DNA from: a virus
Taxonomy: Duplodnaviria > Caudoviricetes
DNA: 64,000 bases
IMG/VR virus record: IMGVR_UViG_3300009185_000001
Location: 64,001 to 128,000 of that record
Reading direction: 5' to 3' (one strand)
Part shown: positions 48,590 to 57,501 of the stretch, in pieces
Layout of the letters: each line of letters begins with the position of its first letter
Numbering within the stretch: position 1 is the first letter of the stretch
The notes under the pieces: generated by a model
The model's database searches: none
Seen by the model: only the letters and a program-made list of their open reading frames with translations
What the model was told of the DNA's origin: nothing
Translations under genes and position numbers: made by a program

Positions 48590-49462
48590 TTAATATGTAT
48601 TTGCTCCAAAAGCTGTCATTAGTGTATTCCATCTAGTTGATAGCTTTTGTGCTTGAGTAGCATTTAAACCTTGAGTAATAGCATATCCTCGAATATAACG
48701 AGTAGACCAGAGATAAGGTGTGGATCCGACTACGCCCATTGCTCCTATGACAATACTTTGAGAAGGAAAGTCAGTTCCTGTTGCTGTAATAGGTGTGCTT
48801 ATTTGTGTTCCTTTATTATAATAATATTGGGATCTATCTCCGTTTGTTGTTATAAAAGATGGACCATCTAGTGAAGTAGGAGAAGACGCAGGAGAAAGTT
48901 CCCCAGTTAAGTTTAATGACCCACACGCACCTCCTTCTTTATTTAAAGAACTCCATCCTAAACCTATAGCAGCTAAAGGTGATACAGTTGATTGAATACC
49001 CATTACATATCCAGATGATGTCTCAGTCCCAGCCCAATAAGCAAATATACCAAAATTAGTTAAAGACGATGATTGAGGATTTGTTCCCGTCAAACCCGGA
49101 TTAAATTGCGTGTTTAAATACGTATTACTGCCATTTGCTTTGAACCCTGCTGTAGAACCAGTAGGGACGTAAGTTCCGCTACTAAAATTATTATTTATTA
49201 AAAGTCTAGAAGCAAGAACAGTCTTCATTTTCACTAACGCTCCTGCTCTGGAGGTTACACCAGCAAACAAGCCCATATCATAAATAGAATTCCAAATTTC
49301 ATCAATTTTTAATCCAATAAAAAAATTATTCACTGCTGTCCTAGCAGATACATTAATTGATCCTCCGTTTGCAACAACAGCATCAAAATATGCTTGTGCA
49401 TCAGTGTCTACAGAAGGTTGTGAATCGTAGATGCCAATTAAAATTTCTTTATTCAATAACAT
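48590..49462 (-). CDS. Probable virion surface protein (beta-rich, lectin/LamG-like)
   Basis: DTDAQAYFDAV...AVNNFFIGLK, then a Gly/Ser/Thr-rich beta-strand pattern; downstream of the fibre genes. Confidence 0.45.
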   Translation of the reverse strand: MLLNKEILIGIYDSQPSVDTDAQAYFDAVVANGGSINVSARTAVNNFFIGLKIDEIWNSIYDMGLFAGVTSRAGALVKMKTVLASRLLINNNFSSGTYVPTGSTAGFKANGSNTYLNTQFNPGLTGTNPQSSSLTNFGIFAYWAGTETSSGYVMGIQSTVSPLAAIGLGWSSLNKEGGACGSLNLTGELSPASSPTSLDGPSFITTNGDRSQYYYNKGTQISTPITATGTDFPSQSIVIGAMGVVGSTPYLWSTRYIRGYAITQGLNATQAQKLSTRWNTLMTAFGANTY

Positions 49463-49464
49463 GG

Positions 49465-51450
49465 TTAAACGATTCTTCCTACAGCAAATAAATTGTTAGA
49501 ATCTTTATAAACAAATGCTCCTCCATAACGAGTCGTGATTGTTGTTCCAGCAGAATTAAGCTGAGCAGCTGATAGAACTAAATTATTTGTTCCAATATTC
49601 ATAATTGCTGCATTGAAGCCGTTGCTTAGGGAACTCGGAAATACTGCACACAAAGAGGTTGTTGTTGTATTAATGTGAATTACTTTGTTGCTATCAGCAT
49701 CAGTAAAGATCCTGTTCGTTGAATCATTAATGACACTGACTTTGATGTTACTTGCCGAAGCAGAAATAATACCAGTAGCAGAAAGATTATTTACATAAGT
49801 AAAATTTGGTTGTGATGCTGTTATATTAGAACCTAATATAAAGGTATTGGATTGACCATTAGTATTATTACTAATACCGCCTAAAATTGAAGAATAATCT
49901 CCAGAAGCAGTATTAGAACCTCCACCAGAAACGTTCGAAGCACTTCCAGAAGCATTATTAGCCCTGCCACCAGCAACGTTTGAATAACATCCAGAAGCAG
50001 TACTATTCACACCACCACCTACTGTTGAATAATAATTAGAAGCAGTATTACAATAACCACCACTTACTGTTGAATGATATCCAGAAGATCTATTAATACG
50101 ACCGCCGCTTACTGTTGAATGAGATCTAGAAGCAGTATTACCATAACCACCACTTACTGTTGAAGAATTTTCAGAAGCAGTGTTACATCTACCACCACCT
50201 ACAAATGAATAATCACCAGTTGTTCTGCTAGAAAAACCGCCTACTATAGTTGAACGATATCCAGAAGCAGTATTTTCTTTACCACCACCTACTATTGATA
50301 CGTTTCCAGAAGCAGTGTTACATCTACCACCACCTACAAATGAATAATCACCAGTTGTTCTGCTAGAAAAACCGCCTACTATAGTTGAATAATTTCCACA
50401 AGCAGTATTACAAAAACCGCCAGCAACATTCGAATAACATCCAGAAGCAGTATTATTTCCATATATAGGGTTTATAGAAGTTGTTGGATGTATTAAAGTA
50501 TAAGCCTGACTAGAATAAACAGAATTCCATTGATTTGAATTACCATTTGAATCGTAAATTGTATTATTAGCACTTAATGTATCTGTATTGATAACACTAA
50601 AATAATCAATCGCATTTAAATTTATTCCTGTAAAAATTGAATTTGCTTTATCGTAAACAAGATTTAAAATGCTATAATAACCTGATAAGCTAACTCGCTC
50701 GACACTGTTTGCTGCTGAATTTAACACAAAACTATTTGCCAGCGTAATATTAGTTCCTGCACTTGATGTTACTGCGTTCGATGCTGGACTTGCTGCAAAA
50801 ATAGCACAACCATCAAACTGTAAACTCCCGAAAGTTACACTTGGAGCAATAACCTGATAAGAGTCTTTAATCAAAACACTTGCAGCCGCATTTGATACTG
50901 TTACTCCCCAACATTTATTTCCCACAATTGAAACGATTCCTGCCCCTGTTATTTGAACTCCAGATATACACTGTAATTCACTGTTGATGATTTCAACATA
51001 GTTTGTACCGGACTTAATAACTTGCGTATCTACAGTGCAGTTTGAGATATATGCATTCCCCGAACCAGCAATGGTCAGGCTAGTCATTTTTAAACCAGCT
51101 ACGCGAGCAGCGGCAGATAATGCCAGTGTTCCGTAAACAATTGTAGTTGCACCTGTTATCCCGAATGTTGTAATTGTGGTGTTATTTGATGTAACAGTAG
51201 GATTTTCAGTATATCCACCCGGATGAACAATTATTGTATTTTTTCCAGCCCCAACCAATTTCAATGCCTTGGTAATTGATGAAACAGGATTTACCAAAGT
51301 GCCGTCTCCAGTTGTATCGTTGCCATCCTTGCTAACATGAATTTCTAAGTTATATGCAGAATAATTACCAACTGTTCTGCCAGTGCCGCCACCAGCTACG
51401 GTTCGAACTCCGTTTGTTTCTACTATTGTTTGATTAAATTTTGTATTCAT
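49465..51450 (-). CDS. Tail fibre/adhesin-like protein with 15-aa repeats and beta-helix
   Basis: HVSKDGNDTTGDGT...ITKAL N-terminus; 13 x 15-aa NTASGxxSxVxGGxx repeats. Confidence 0.65.
   Translation of the reverse strand: MNTKFNQTIVETNGVRTVAGGGTGRTVGNYSAYNLEIHVSKDGNDTTGDGTLVNPVSSITKALKLVGAGKNTIIVHPGGYTENPTVTSNNTTITTFGITGATTIVYGTLALSAAARVAGLKMTSLTIAGSGNAYISNCTVDTQVIKSGTNYVEIINSELQCISGVQITGAGIVSIVGNKCWGVTVSNAAASVLIKDSYQVIAPSVTFGSLQFDGCAIFAASPASNAVTSSAGTNITLANSFVLNSAANSVERVSLSGYYSILNLVYDKANSIFTGINLNAIDYFSVINTDTLSANNTIYDSNGNSNQWNSVYSSQAYTLIHPTTSINPIYGNNTASGCYSNVAGGFCNTACGNYSTIVGGFSSRTTGDYSFVGGGRCNTASGNVSIVGGGKENTASGYRSTIVGGFSSRTTGDYSFVGGGRCNTASENSSTVSGGYGNTASRSHSTVSGGRINRSSGYHSTVSGGYCNTASNYYSTVGGGVNSTASGCYSNVAGGRANNASGSASNVSGGGSNTASGDYSSILGGISNNTNGQSNTFILGSNITASQPNFTYVNNLSATGIISASASNIKVSVINDSTNRIFTDADSNKVIHINTTTTSLCAVFPSSLSNGFNAAIMNIGTNNLVLSAAQLNSAGTTITTRYGGAFVYKDSNNLFAVGRIV
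49870..50454 (-). repeat. 13 tandem 45-bp (15-aa) coding repeats containing an exact 83-bp duplication
   Basis: 50172-50254 is identical to 50307-50389 (offset 135 bp = 3 units). Confidence 0.85.
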
Positions 51451-51454
51451 ATTT

Positions 51455-54328
51455 TTATATAGCCTGTGCGTTTACTACGTCATTATTTCCGTCAATGGAT
51501 AGGCGAATAATTCCTGATCCTGATGGAGCGTTATATACATCAGAAGTTAATCTACAATAAAATAATTTACCGGACAATGTGCCAGTATCACCACCTCCAA
51601 AACTCCCCGCTCCACCAGTGCATCTAGTAAATGTTCCAGATGCATTAGAAAAATAAGAGCCGAAGCTTCCATCTCCACCAGTACAATCAACAAATTCTCC
51701 AGAAGCAATTCCTACAGATGATCCAAAAGATAAATTTCCACCTTTGCAATTTATATATGTACCGCTCGCATCTCCTCCGTCAGTAGTGCCACCAGCTCCA
51801 GTATCACCGCCTGAAAAACTATAATCTCCACCAATACAGTTTGTAAATTTGCCGCTCGAATCGTTAAATCCACCAAAACTTCCATCACCCCCAATACAGT
51901 CTGTAAATGTACCAGATCGAGGTGCCGCAAAACTTCCATCACCTCCAACGCATCCTGTAAATATTCCAGATGCAATCCCTCCAAAACTATTATCTCCAGC
52001 AAAGCAATCTCTAAATGTCCCGATCGCTGTTCCTCCATTGCTGGCAAATGATGAATTTCCCGCAGTGCAATTTGTAAATGTTGCAGGTCCAACAGTTACT
52101 GTTCCAGCGTTAGCTGATCCAAAGCTATTATCTCCAGCAGTGCAGTTTTCAAATGTACTGTTACCAATAATATTAATATTTGATGGATATTCAGGATCGC
52201 TTGTGATAGTTCTTCCAAAACATTCTGATCCTCCCGTACAATTTTTAAATGTAGCATTGTTAATTGTCACGTCACTTTGTTCAGAAAATGAATGTCCAAA
52301 ACTGTTATTTCCAGCAATGCAGTTTTCTAAGTTACCCGAAATAGCAATTCCCTCCCCGCCGTACCCAAAACTATTATCGCCAGCTTTACAATTTTTATAC
52401 ATTCCAGTTAGAGTAACTAAGTTACTATCAGACCATCCAAAGGAATTAGCTTCAGCTGTGCAATTTATATAAGATACACCATTCCCATTAAATGACGTAT
52501 CTCCAGCAGAACAATCCTTATATGTTCCAGTGCCATTGAATGATTCATTACCAGCAGAACAGTTTGTATAAGATGATCCATTTCCTTGAAATGATTCATT
52601 TCCAGAAGAACAATCTATATATACTCCATCTCCATTAAATGAATTTCCTCCAGCAGAACAATTATTATATGTTCCATTTCCGTTAAACGCGGTTTGAATA
52701 GCATAACAATTTGTATACACTCCGTTACCACCAAAATCATTAGCATTTGTTGCAGTTGTGCAGTTCTCAAAAATCTGTGAAGCTGATATGCCAGAAACTT
52801 TAAATCCCTCTCCATCTCCACCTAATACACCAATTCCAACAACTTTAACGTCACTTGCAGAAACGTCAATTCCATAAACATTAAACTCTGAAGTGGGAAT
52901 TAAAACAAGCGGATGCTTGTCTGTTGATCCTAATCCAATAACATCAACACAACTAGTACTGATATTAAGCGTTTCAGATAATGTATATGCGCCGGGGAAT
53001 ATAATAAGACTTGCTCGATTTGTTACTGACCTAGCAGAGCCATTAGGGGTCAATGTTACTGCGGCAGCATACTTCGCAACAAGATCATCTCCGGATTTTG
53101 CTATAATAACCGAATCAGTAGAAGTTTGCAAATAATAAGCAGAATTAGCATTAAATGAAGTATAAGCAGAATTCCATTGATTTGAATTTCCAACAGAATC
53201 GTAAATTGTATTGTTAGAACTTAATGATCCATATATAGAAACATTATTTTCAGTTACTTCTAGCGTCAAATTTCCATAACCTGCGTTCAATCCCGATAGA
53301 ACATTAACCTCACCTATTATTGTTCCACCACTTAAAGGAAGATAATTAGAATTTACATAATTTATAGAAGCATTACTAGCAGAATTTGATAAAACTGAAT
53401 TATAAACAGAATTCCAATTAGAACTATTTCCACTTAAGGCATAAATAATTCCAGTTGCACTGATTTCTCCAGTAACTGTTAATTCCTTATTCGGAAAACT
53501 TTGATTTATACCAACTTTTCCGGTTTGACCAAAATTTGCATTACCAACGTGTAAAACTTCTATACCATCTCCATCAACAAATGAAGCAACATCATACGGA
53601 CCAGATGCTTGATATACATATAAAGCAGGACCAACACCTAAATTAACAACACTTAATGCGCTAGTGGTTGTAAAAACAGTATCTGCAAATGTCGCACCTC
53701 CAGCAGCACTCAAAGAACCTTGAATTACAATATTATTAGTAGCAAATAAATTATTTACATATGTAGTATCCTGTGCATTTGCTGTGATATTAGAACCTAA
53801 TATAAAAGTATTGGATTTATTGTTAGTATTGTTATTTTTTCCACCTAAAACAGAAGAATAATCTCCAGAAGCTGTATTAGATTTACCACCTGCTACATTT
53901 GAAACATATCCAGAAGCAATATTACATTTACCACCAGCTACATTTGAACCATATGAAGATGCGATATTATTACAACCACCAGCTACATTTGAAAAATATG
54001 TAGAAGCACTATTACCATAACCACCCGCTACATTTGAGTAGTAACTAGAAGCAGTATTACTAGAACCGCCAGAAACGTTTGATTTGTGTCCAGAAGCAGT
54101 ATTACCACAACCACCATTTATATTTGAATAACTTCCCGAAGCAGTATTATTTCCTAATTTTGGAATAATAGCAGTATTATTTGCATCAGAAAATTTATAG
54201 GGGGAAGGATCTACTAATGCAGAAAGAGGAGATTGGTACGTAACACCTCCTATATTTGTTATTATAACAGCACTTGTTGGTAAACTTGAAGTGTTTAATG
54301 GTAATTGACTAATTTTCTTTGAAGCCAT
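51455..54328 (-). CDS. Tail fibre/adhesin-like protein with 15-aa repeats and C-terminal Cys-containing beta-helix repeats
   Basis: KKISQLP start, 7 x 15-aa NxAS..YSNVAGG units (53834-54148), YLPLSGGT, many FxNCxAGDxSFG repeats. Confidence 0.65.
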   Translation of the reverse strand: MASKKISQLPLNTSSLPTSAVIITNIGGVTYQSPLSALVDPSPYKFSDANNTAIIPKLGNNTASGSYSNINGGCGNTASGHKSNVSGGSSNTASSYYSNVAGGYGNSASTYFSNVAGGCNNIASSYGSNVAGGKCNIASGYVSNVAGGKSNTASGDYSSVLGGKNNNTNNKSNTFILGSNITANAQDTTYVNNLFATNNIVIQGSLSAAGGATFADTVFTTTSALSVVNLGVGPALYVYQASGPYDVASFVDGDGIEVLHVGNANFGQTGKVGINQSFPNKELTVTGEISATGIIYALSGNSSNWNSVYNSVLSNSASNASINYVNSNYLPLSGGTIIGEVNVLSGLNAGYGNLTLEVTENNVSIYGSLSSNNTIYDSVGNSNQWNSAYTSFNANSAYYLQTSTDSVIIAKSGDDLVAKYAAAVTLTPNGSARSVTNRASLIIFPGAYTLSETLNISTSCVDVIGLGSTDKHPLVLIPTSEFNVYGIDVSASDVKVVGIGVLGGDGEGFKVSGISASQIFENCTTATNANDFGGNGVYTNCYAIQTAFNGNGTYNNCSAGGNSFNGDGVYIDCSSGNESFQGNGSSYTNCSAGNESFNGTGTYKDCSAGDTSFNGNGVSYINCTAEANSFGWSDSNLVTLTGMYKNCKAGDNSFGYGGEGIAISGNLENCIAGNNSFGHSFSEQSDVTINNATFKNCTGGSECFGRTITSDPEYPSNINIIGNSTFENCTAGDNSFGSANAGTVTVGPATFTNCTAGNSSFASNGGTAIGTFRDCFAGDNSFGGIASGIFTGCVGGDGSFAAPRSGTFTDCIGGDGSFGGFNDSSGKFTNCIGGDYSFSGGDTGAGGTTDGGDASGTYINCKGGNLSFGSSVGIASGEFVDCTGGDGSFGSYFSNASGTFTRCTGGAGSFGGGDTGTLSGKLFYCRLTSDVYNAPSGSGIIRLSIDGNNDVVNAQAI

Positions 54329-54375
54329 ATATTAATATCTATATTTACCTCAAGGTTAGGGTAAATAATATTTAA

Positions 54376-54720
54376 ATGAGCAAATTTTTAAAATTATTAA
54401 ATTCCGTATTAAACGAACAAGAAAATCTCGACATGCCTCCTCAAGAAGGTAGCGACATTACTCCAACAAGCATGGATTCTGAAGTTCCATCTGCTCTTCC
54501 AGAAGAAGATGAGGTTGCTTTGGATACTATAAAATATAAAACTTTATTAAAAGCATTAAAAAAAGCTTTATATAACTCATATCCAAATAATTTAGAAAAA
54601 CAAACACAAATATCTAAAATTAAAGTAGATAGTGATGATTTAAAGAGACTTCAATCGGCAGAAAATTCTTTAATGTCTTTATTGGATGATGAAGATTTTA
54701 TTCCTTCTACTGAAGAATAA
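54376..54720 (+). CDS. Hypothetical late protein
   Basis: TAAATA at 54362-54367; acidic; N-terminus ends in VLNE. Confidence 0.5.
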   Translation: MSKFLKLLNSVLNEQENLDMPPQEGSDITPTSMDSEVPSALPEEDEVALDTIKYKTLLKALKKALYNSYPNNLEKQTQISKIKVDSDDLKRLQSAENSLMSLLDDEDFIPSTEE

Positions 54721-54721
54721 T

Positions 54722-54749
54722 TTGATTTTTTTCATTTCTTTGTTAGTAT
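54722..54749 (+). promoter_or_regulatory. Sigma70-type promoter
   Basis: TTGATT-16-TAGTAT with TGn extension, 6 nt before ATG 54756. Confidence 0.55.
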
Positions 54750-54755
54750 TAAGAA

Positions 54756-55028
54756 ATGGAAGCATATTCGATTGAAAATTTAACAAAGGAGCAATATAAA
54801 CTAATATTAGAGTCTGTATTGTTTTCCGGATCAACGTCAGTAAATGCACGTTGGTATATCGATAATGCTAGCGATTTAGTTGATATTGGACTCTTTTTGA
54901 GAAAAAAGCATCCAAATGTTTTGACAGAAAATATATTTTTACTTAATGATAAAGAATATCATGATGAATTTTCTGAAAAAATTATTGACTTTTTCCCCGA
55001 AATAGTAGAAAATATATCTGATTTATGA
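54756..55028 (+). CDS. Hypothetical protein
   Basis: Preceded by TTGATT-16-TAGTAT-6-ATG. Confidence 0.5.
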   Translation: MEAYSIENLTKEQYKLILESVLFSGSTSVNARWYIDNASDLVDIGLFLRKKHPNVLTENIFLLNDKEYHDEFSEKIIDFFPEIVENISDL

Positions 55029-55663
55029 AAATATGTGCTAGCGGAACTCACTGCCAAGGAAAGTCAACTTATGTTAAGGATTTTTTAAAAAAATGGCCTT
55101 CATATAAGACTCCAGAAAAAACATACAGGGATTTTATTAAAGATAAAAACTTACCTCATTCAAAAAATGGAACTGAGGAAAGCCAAAAAGCAATTTTAGA
55201 TGCTTTGTTAGATGAATCCCAACAATACACCAGAAATGATAATGTTATTTTTGATCGTTGTATTGTAGATAACCTAGCATATTCTTCTTGGCTCTTTCTG
55301 AATAATAAGGTTTCTGAGAAATTTTTGGATCAATGTAGAATTACTATCAGAGAGGCATTGAAAACTTTTGATATTATATTTTTCTTTCCGATTACGAAAT
55401 TTTCTCCCGTAGAATTTGAGCAGGATGAGTTGAGAGAAGATGATTTAATTTATAGAGAAGAAATTGATAATATTTTTAAAACTTTTGTAAAATCATATCA
55501 TCAGCAAGATGGTAGAGTATTTCCTACTGATGATAGTCCTCCAATTATTGAAATTTTTGGAAATCCGGAAGAAAGAATAAAACTAACCGAAATGTACATC
55601 AATCCAGAAGGAAAAGCATTCGGAGAAGATCAGAGTTTGATTTCTGATATTTGGACACCCTAA
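55025..55663 (+). CDS. P-loop NMP kinase / AAA_28-like ATPase
   Basis: ICASGTHCQGKSTY, IFDRCIVDNLAY. Confidence 0.7.
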   Translation: MKICASGTHCQGKSTYVKDFLKKWPSYKTPEKTYRDFIKDKNLPHSKNGTEESQKAILDALLDESQQYTRNDNVIFDRCIVDNLAYSSWLFLNNKVSEKFLDQCRITIREALKTFDIIFFFPITKFSPVEFEQDELREDDLIYREEIDNIFKTFVKSYHQQDGRVFPTDDSPPIIEIFGNPEERIKLTEMYINPEGKAFGEDQSLISDIWTP

Positions 55664-55679
55664 AGATAAATAATATTAT

Positions 55680-56519
55680 ATGAGATTTAATGTTTTAGCC
55701 GAAAGTATTATCAATGACATGGTATCAGAAGGTCGCATGTCAAAAGTTTCAAAATATTCTAGTATTGGTGTAGATGCAGGAAAAATGTTAGAAAAATTCA
55801 AAGCAGGAGATTTTGATATTATATTTAAGAGTTGGGTTGGTAGTCCGCGATATGCAGGACTTACAGAAGAAGAAATTCGTAATATCGTCAGTGGTGTTGT
55901 TTCTAATATCGCAGAAACTAATCCATCTTCTTTTGATGAATTGAGTGATTCGATTATGAATGTAGTCGATAAGGCATATCAAGACAAGGGGCCGAGAAGG
56001 AAAACATACAACGAAAGATTGACTAAGGCTATTAGAAATTTAATTTTTCATAAAGAATATGATTTGATTAAAACCGGAGAATCAAATTCCATCGACACTT
56101 CTTCGGATTCTGAAGATATGTCCGATGAAGAAAAACCAACATTTGATATCGAAGGGTTGACACAGATTGAATCCGCTGTTTATGAGTTCATAAAACAAGC
56201 AGATAATCCCACATCTATTTCAGAATTATCAGAAACTTTTAATGATCCAGAAAGCATAACAGCTTCTTTACTACAAAAAGGTTTAATAAAAAAGGAAGGT
56301 AATGCTTTTGTTGCTTCTGAAGATTCTGATATGACTAATATATTAGACATTGATGACGATTTTGAAGAAAATCCATTAGAAACCGATTCTGATGTTGCTT
56401 CTACCTTTAAAGATACTTTTGGTAGACAAGGAAGTGAAGAGTATGGAGATGCTGGAAACATTCCTTCATGGAGAAGGAGCGGTAGATCAGATTATGGTAA
56501 TGAAAATTTTGATTATTGA
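55680..56519 (+). CDS. Hypothetical acidic late protein
   Basis: TAAATA at 55667-55672; D/E-rich C-terminal half. Confidence 0.5.
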   Translation: MRFNVLAESIINDMVSEGRMSKVSKYSSIGVDAGKMLEKFKAGDFDIIFKSWVGSPRYAGLTEEEIRNIVSGVVSNIAETNPSSFDELSDSIMNVVDKAYQDKGPRRKTYNERLTKAIRNLIFHKEYDLIKTGESNSIDTSSDSEDMSDEEKPTFDIEGLTQIESAVYEFIKQADNPTSISELSETFNDPESITASLLQKGLIKKEGNAFVASEDSDMTNILDIDDDFEENPLETDSDVASTFKDTFGRQGSEEYGDAGNIPSWRRSGRSDYGNENFDY

Positions 56520-56544
56520 CAAATAATCAAAATTATGATAGCGT
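56516..56544 (+). promoter_or_regulatory. Sigma70-type promoter of primase
   Basis: TTGACA-17-TAGCGT with TGn extension, 6 nt before GTG. Confidence 0.55.
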
Positions 56545-56550
56545 ATTTAT

Positions 56551-57501
56551 GTGAATAAAATACCTAGCAATTATGTTTTAGAAAAATTCTATACATATTC
56601 TGGAAGTCCTTCGTATAATAAATTTACTAAAACCTATAATGCTTCCTGTCCTGTTTGTAGAGAAGGCAAGTCTTGGTTGAAGAAAAAACGATTGTTTCTT
56701 TATCCAGAATCTGATAGTTTTTACTGCTTTAATTGTGTTAAATCATGGAATATATATACTTGGTTGTATCAAGTGTCGGGAATGACAAAGGAAGAGATAC
56801 ATCAAGAAGCATTTTCAAATGATTTTTCGCGTGAAATTGTTTTAGAAAATAATAAAAATGAATTTATTAAAAAAGTAACACCACTTCCGCACGATTCTAT
56901 AAATTTAAATGATCTTCAGCAAAAAATATTCTATGGAAATGATAAGAGTTTTAAAAATGCTTTAGATTATATTGAAAAAAGGAAATTAAACACGGCAGTA
57001 AACAAGAGTTCTTCTTATTTCATAAGTTTAACAGATAATTTTCACAAAAACCGACTATGTATACCATATTATGATATTGATAAAAAGATAGTATTTTATC
57101 AGACAAGAGCATTGGATGGATCAGAGCCTAGATATTTGAATAAAGTTGGATGTGATAAATCGCTTTTTGGTATAGAAAGAGTAGATTCTGATATTGAATA
57201 TCTGTTCTTGTTTGAAGGTGCTATAGATGCAATGATGGTTAAAAATGGATTGGCAGTTGCAGGATTAACCCTAACAGAATATCAGAAAAAACAATTAAGC
57301 AATTTCCCATTTCATAAAAAAATATGGGTTTTAGACAATATAAAAATAGATAAAGCAGCTAAAGATAGTACTCAAAGATTATTACTAGAAGGACAAACCG
57401 TTTTTAGATGGCCTGATGTACCCTATAAAGATTTTAATGAATGGGCTGTAAAAGAAAACTTAAATGAAATAGATTATAATATTATTTTAGAAAATATTTA
57501 A
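56551..57501 (+). CDS. gp61: DNA primase gp61
   Basis: Zn ribbon CPVC...FYCFNC, FYQTRAL, TOPRIM LFEGAIDAM, WVLDN, KDFNE; GTG start. Confidence 0.9.
   Translation: MNKIPSNYVLEKFYTYSGSPSYNKFTKTYNASCPVCREGKSWLKKKRLFLYPESDSFYCFNCVKSWNIYTWLYQVSGMTKEEIHQEAFSNDFSREIVLENNKNEFIKKVTPLPHDSINLNDLQQKIFYGNDKSFKNALDYIEKRKLNTAVNKSSSYFISLTDNFHKNRLCIPYYDIDKKIVFYQTRALDGSEPRYLNKVGCDKSLFGIERVDSDIEYLFLFEGAIDAMMVKNGLAVAGLTLTEYQKKQLSNFPFHKKIWVLDNIKIDKAAKDSTQRLLLEGQTVFRWPDVPYKDFNEWAVKENLNEIDYNIILENI

Noticed and set aside
49870-50454. 45-bp tandem repeats as a possible CRISPR array or DGR template
   Set aside because: They are in-frame coding repeats without unique spacers. No cas or reverse transcriptase gene is in the window, and the duplicated copies are identical rather than adenine-mutated.
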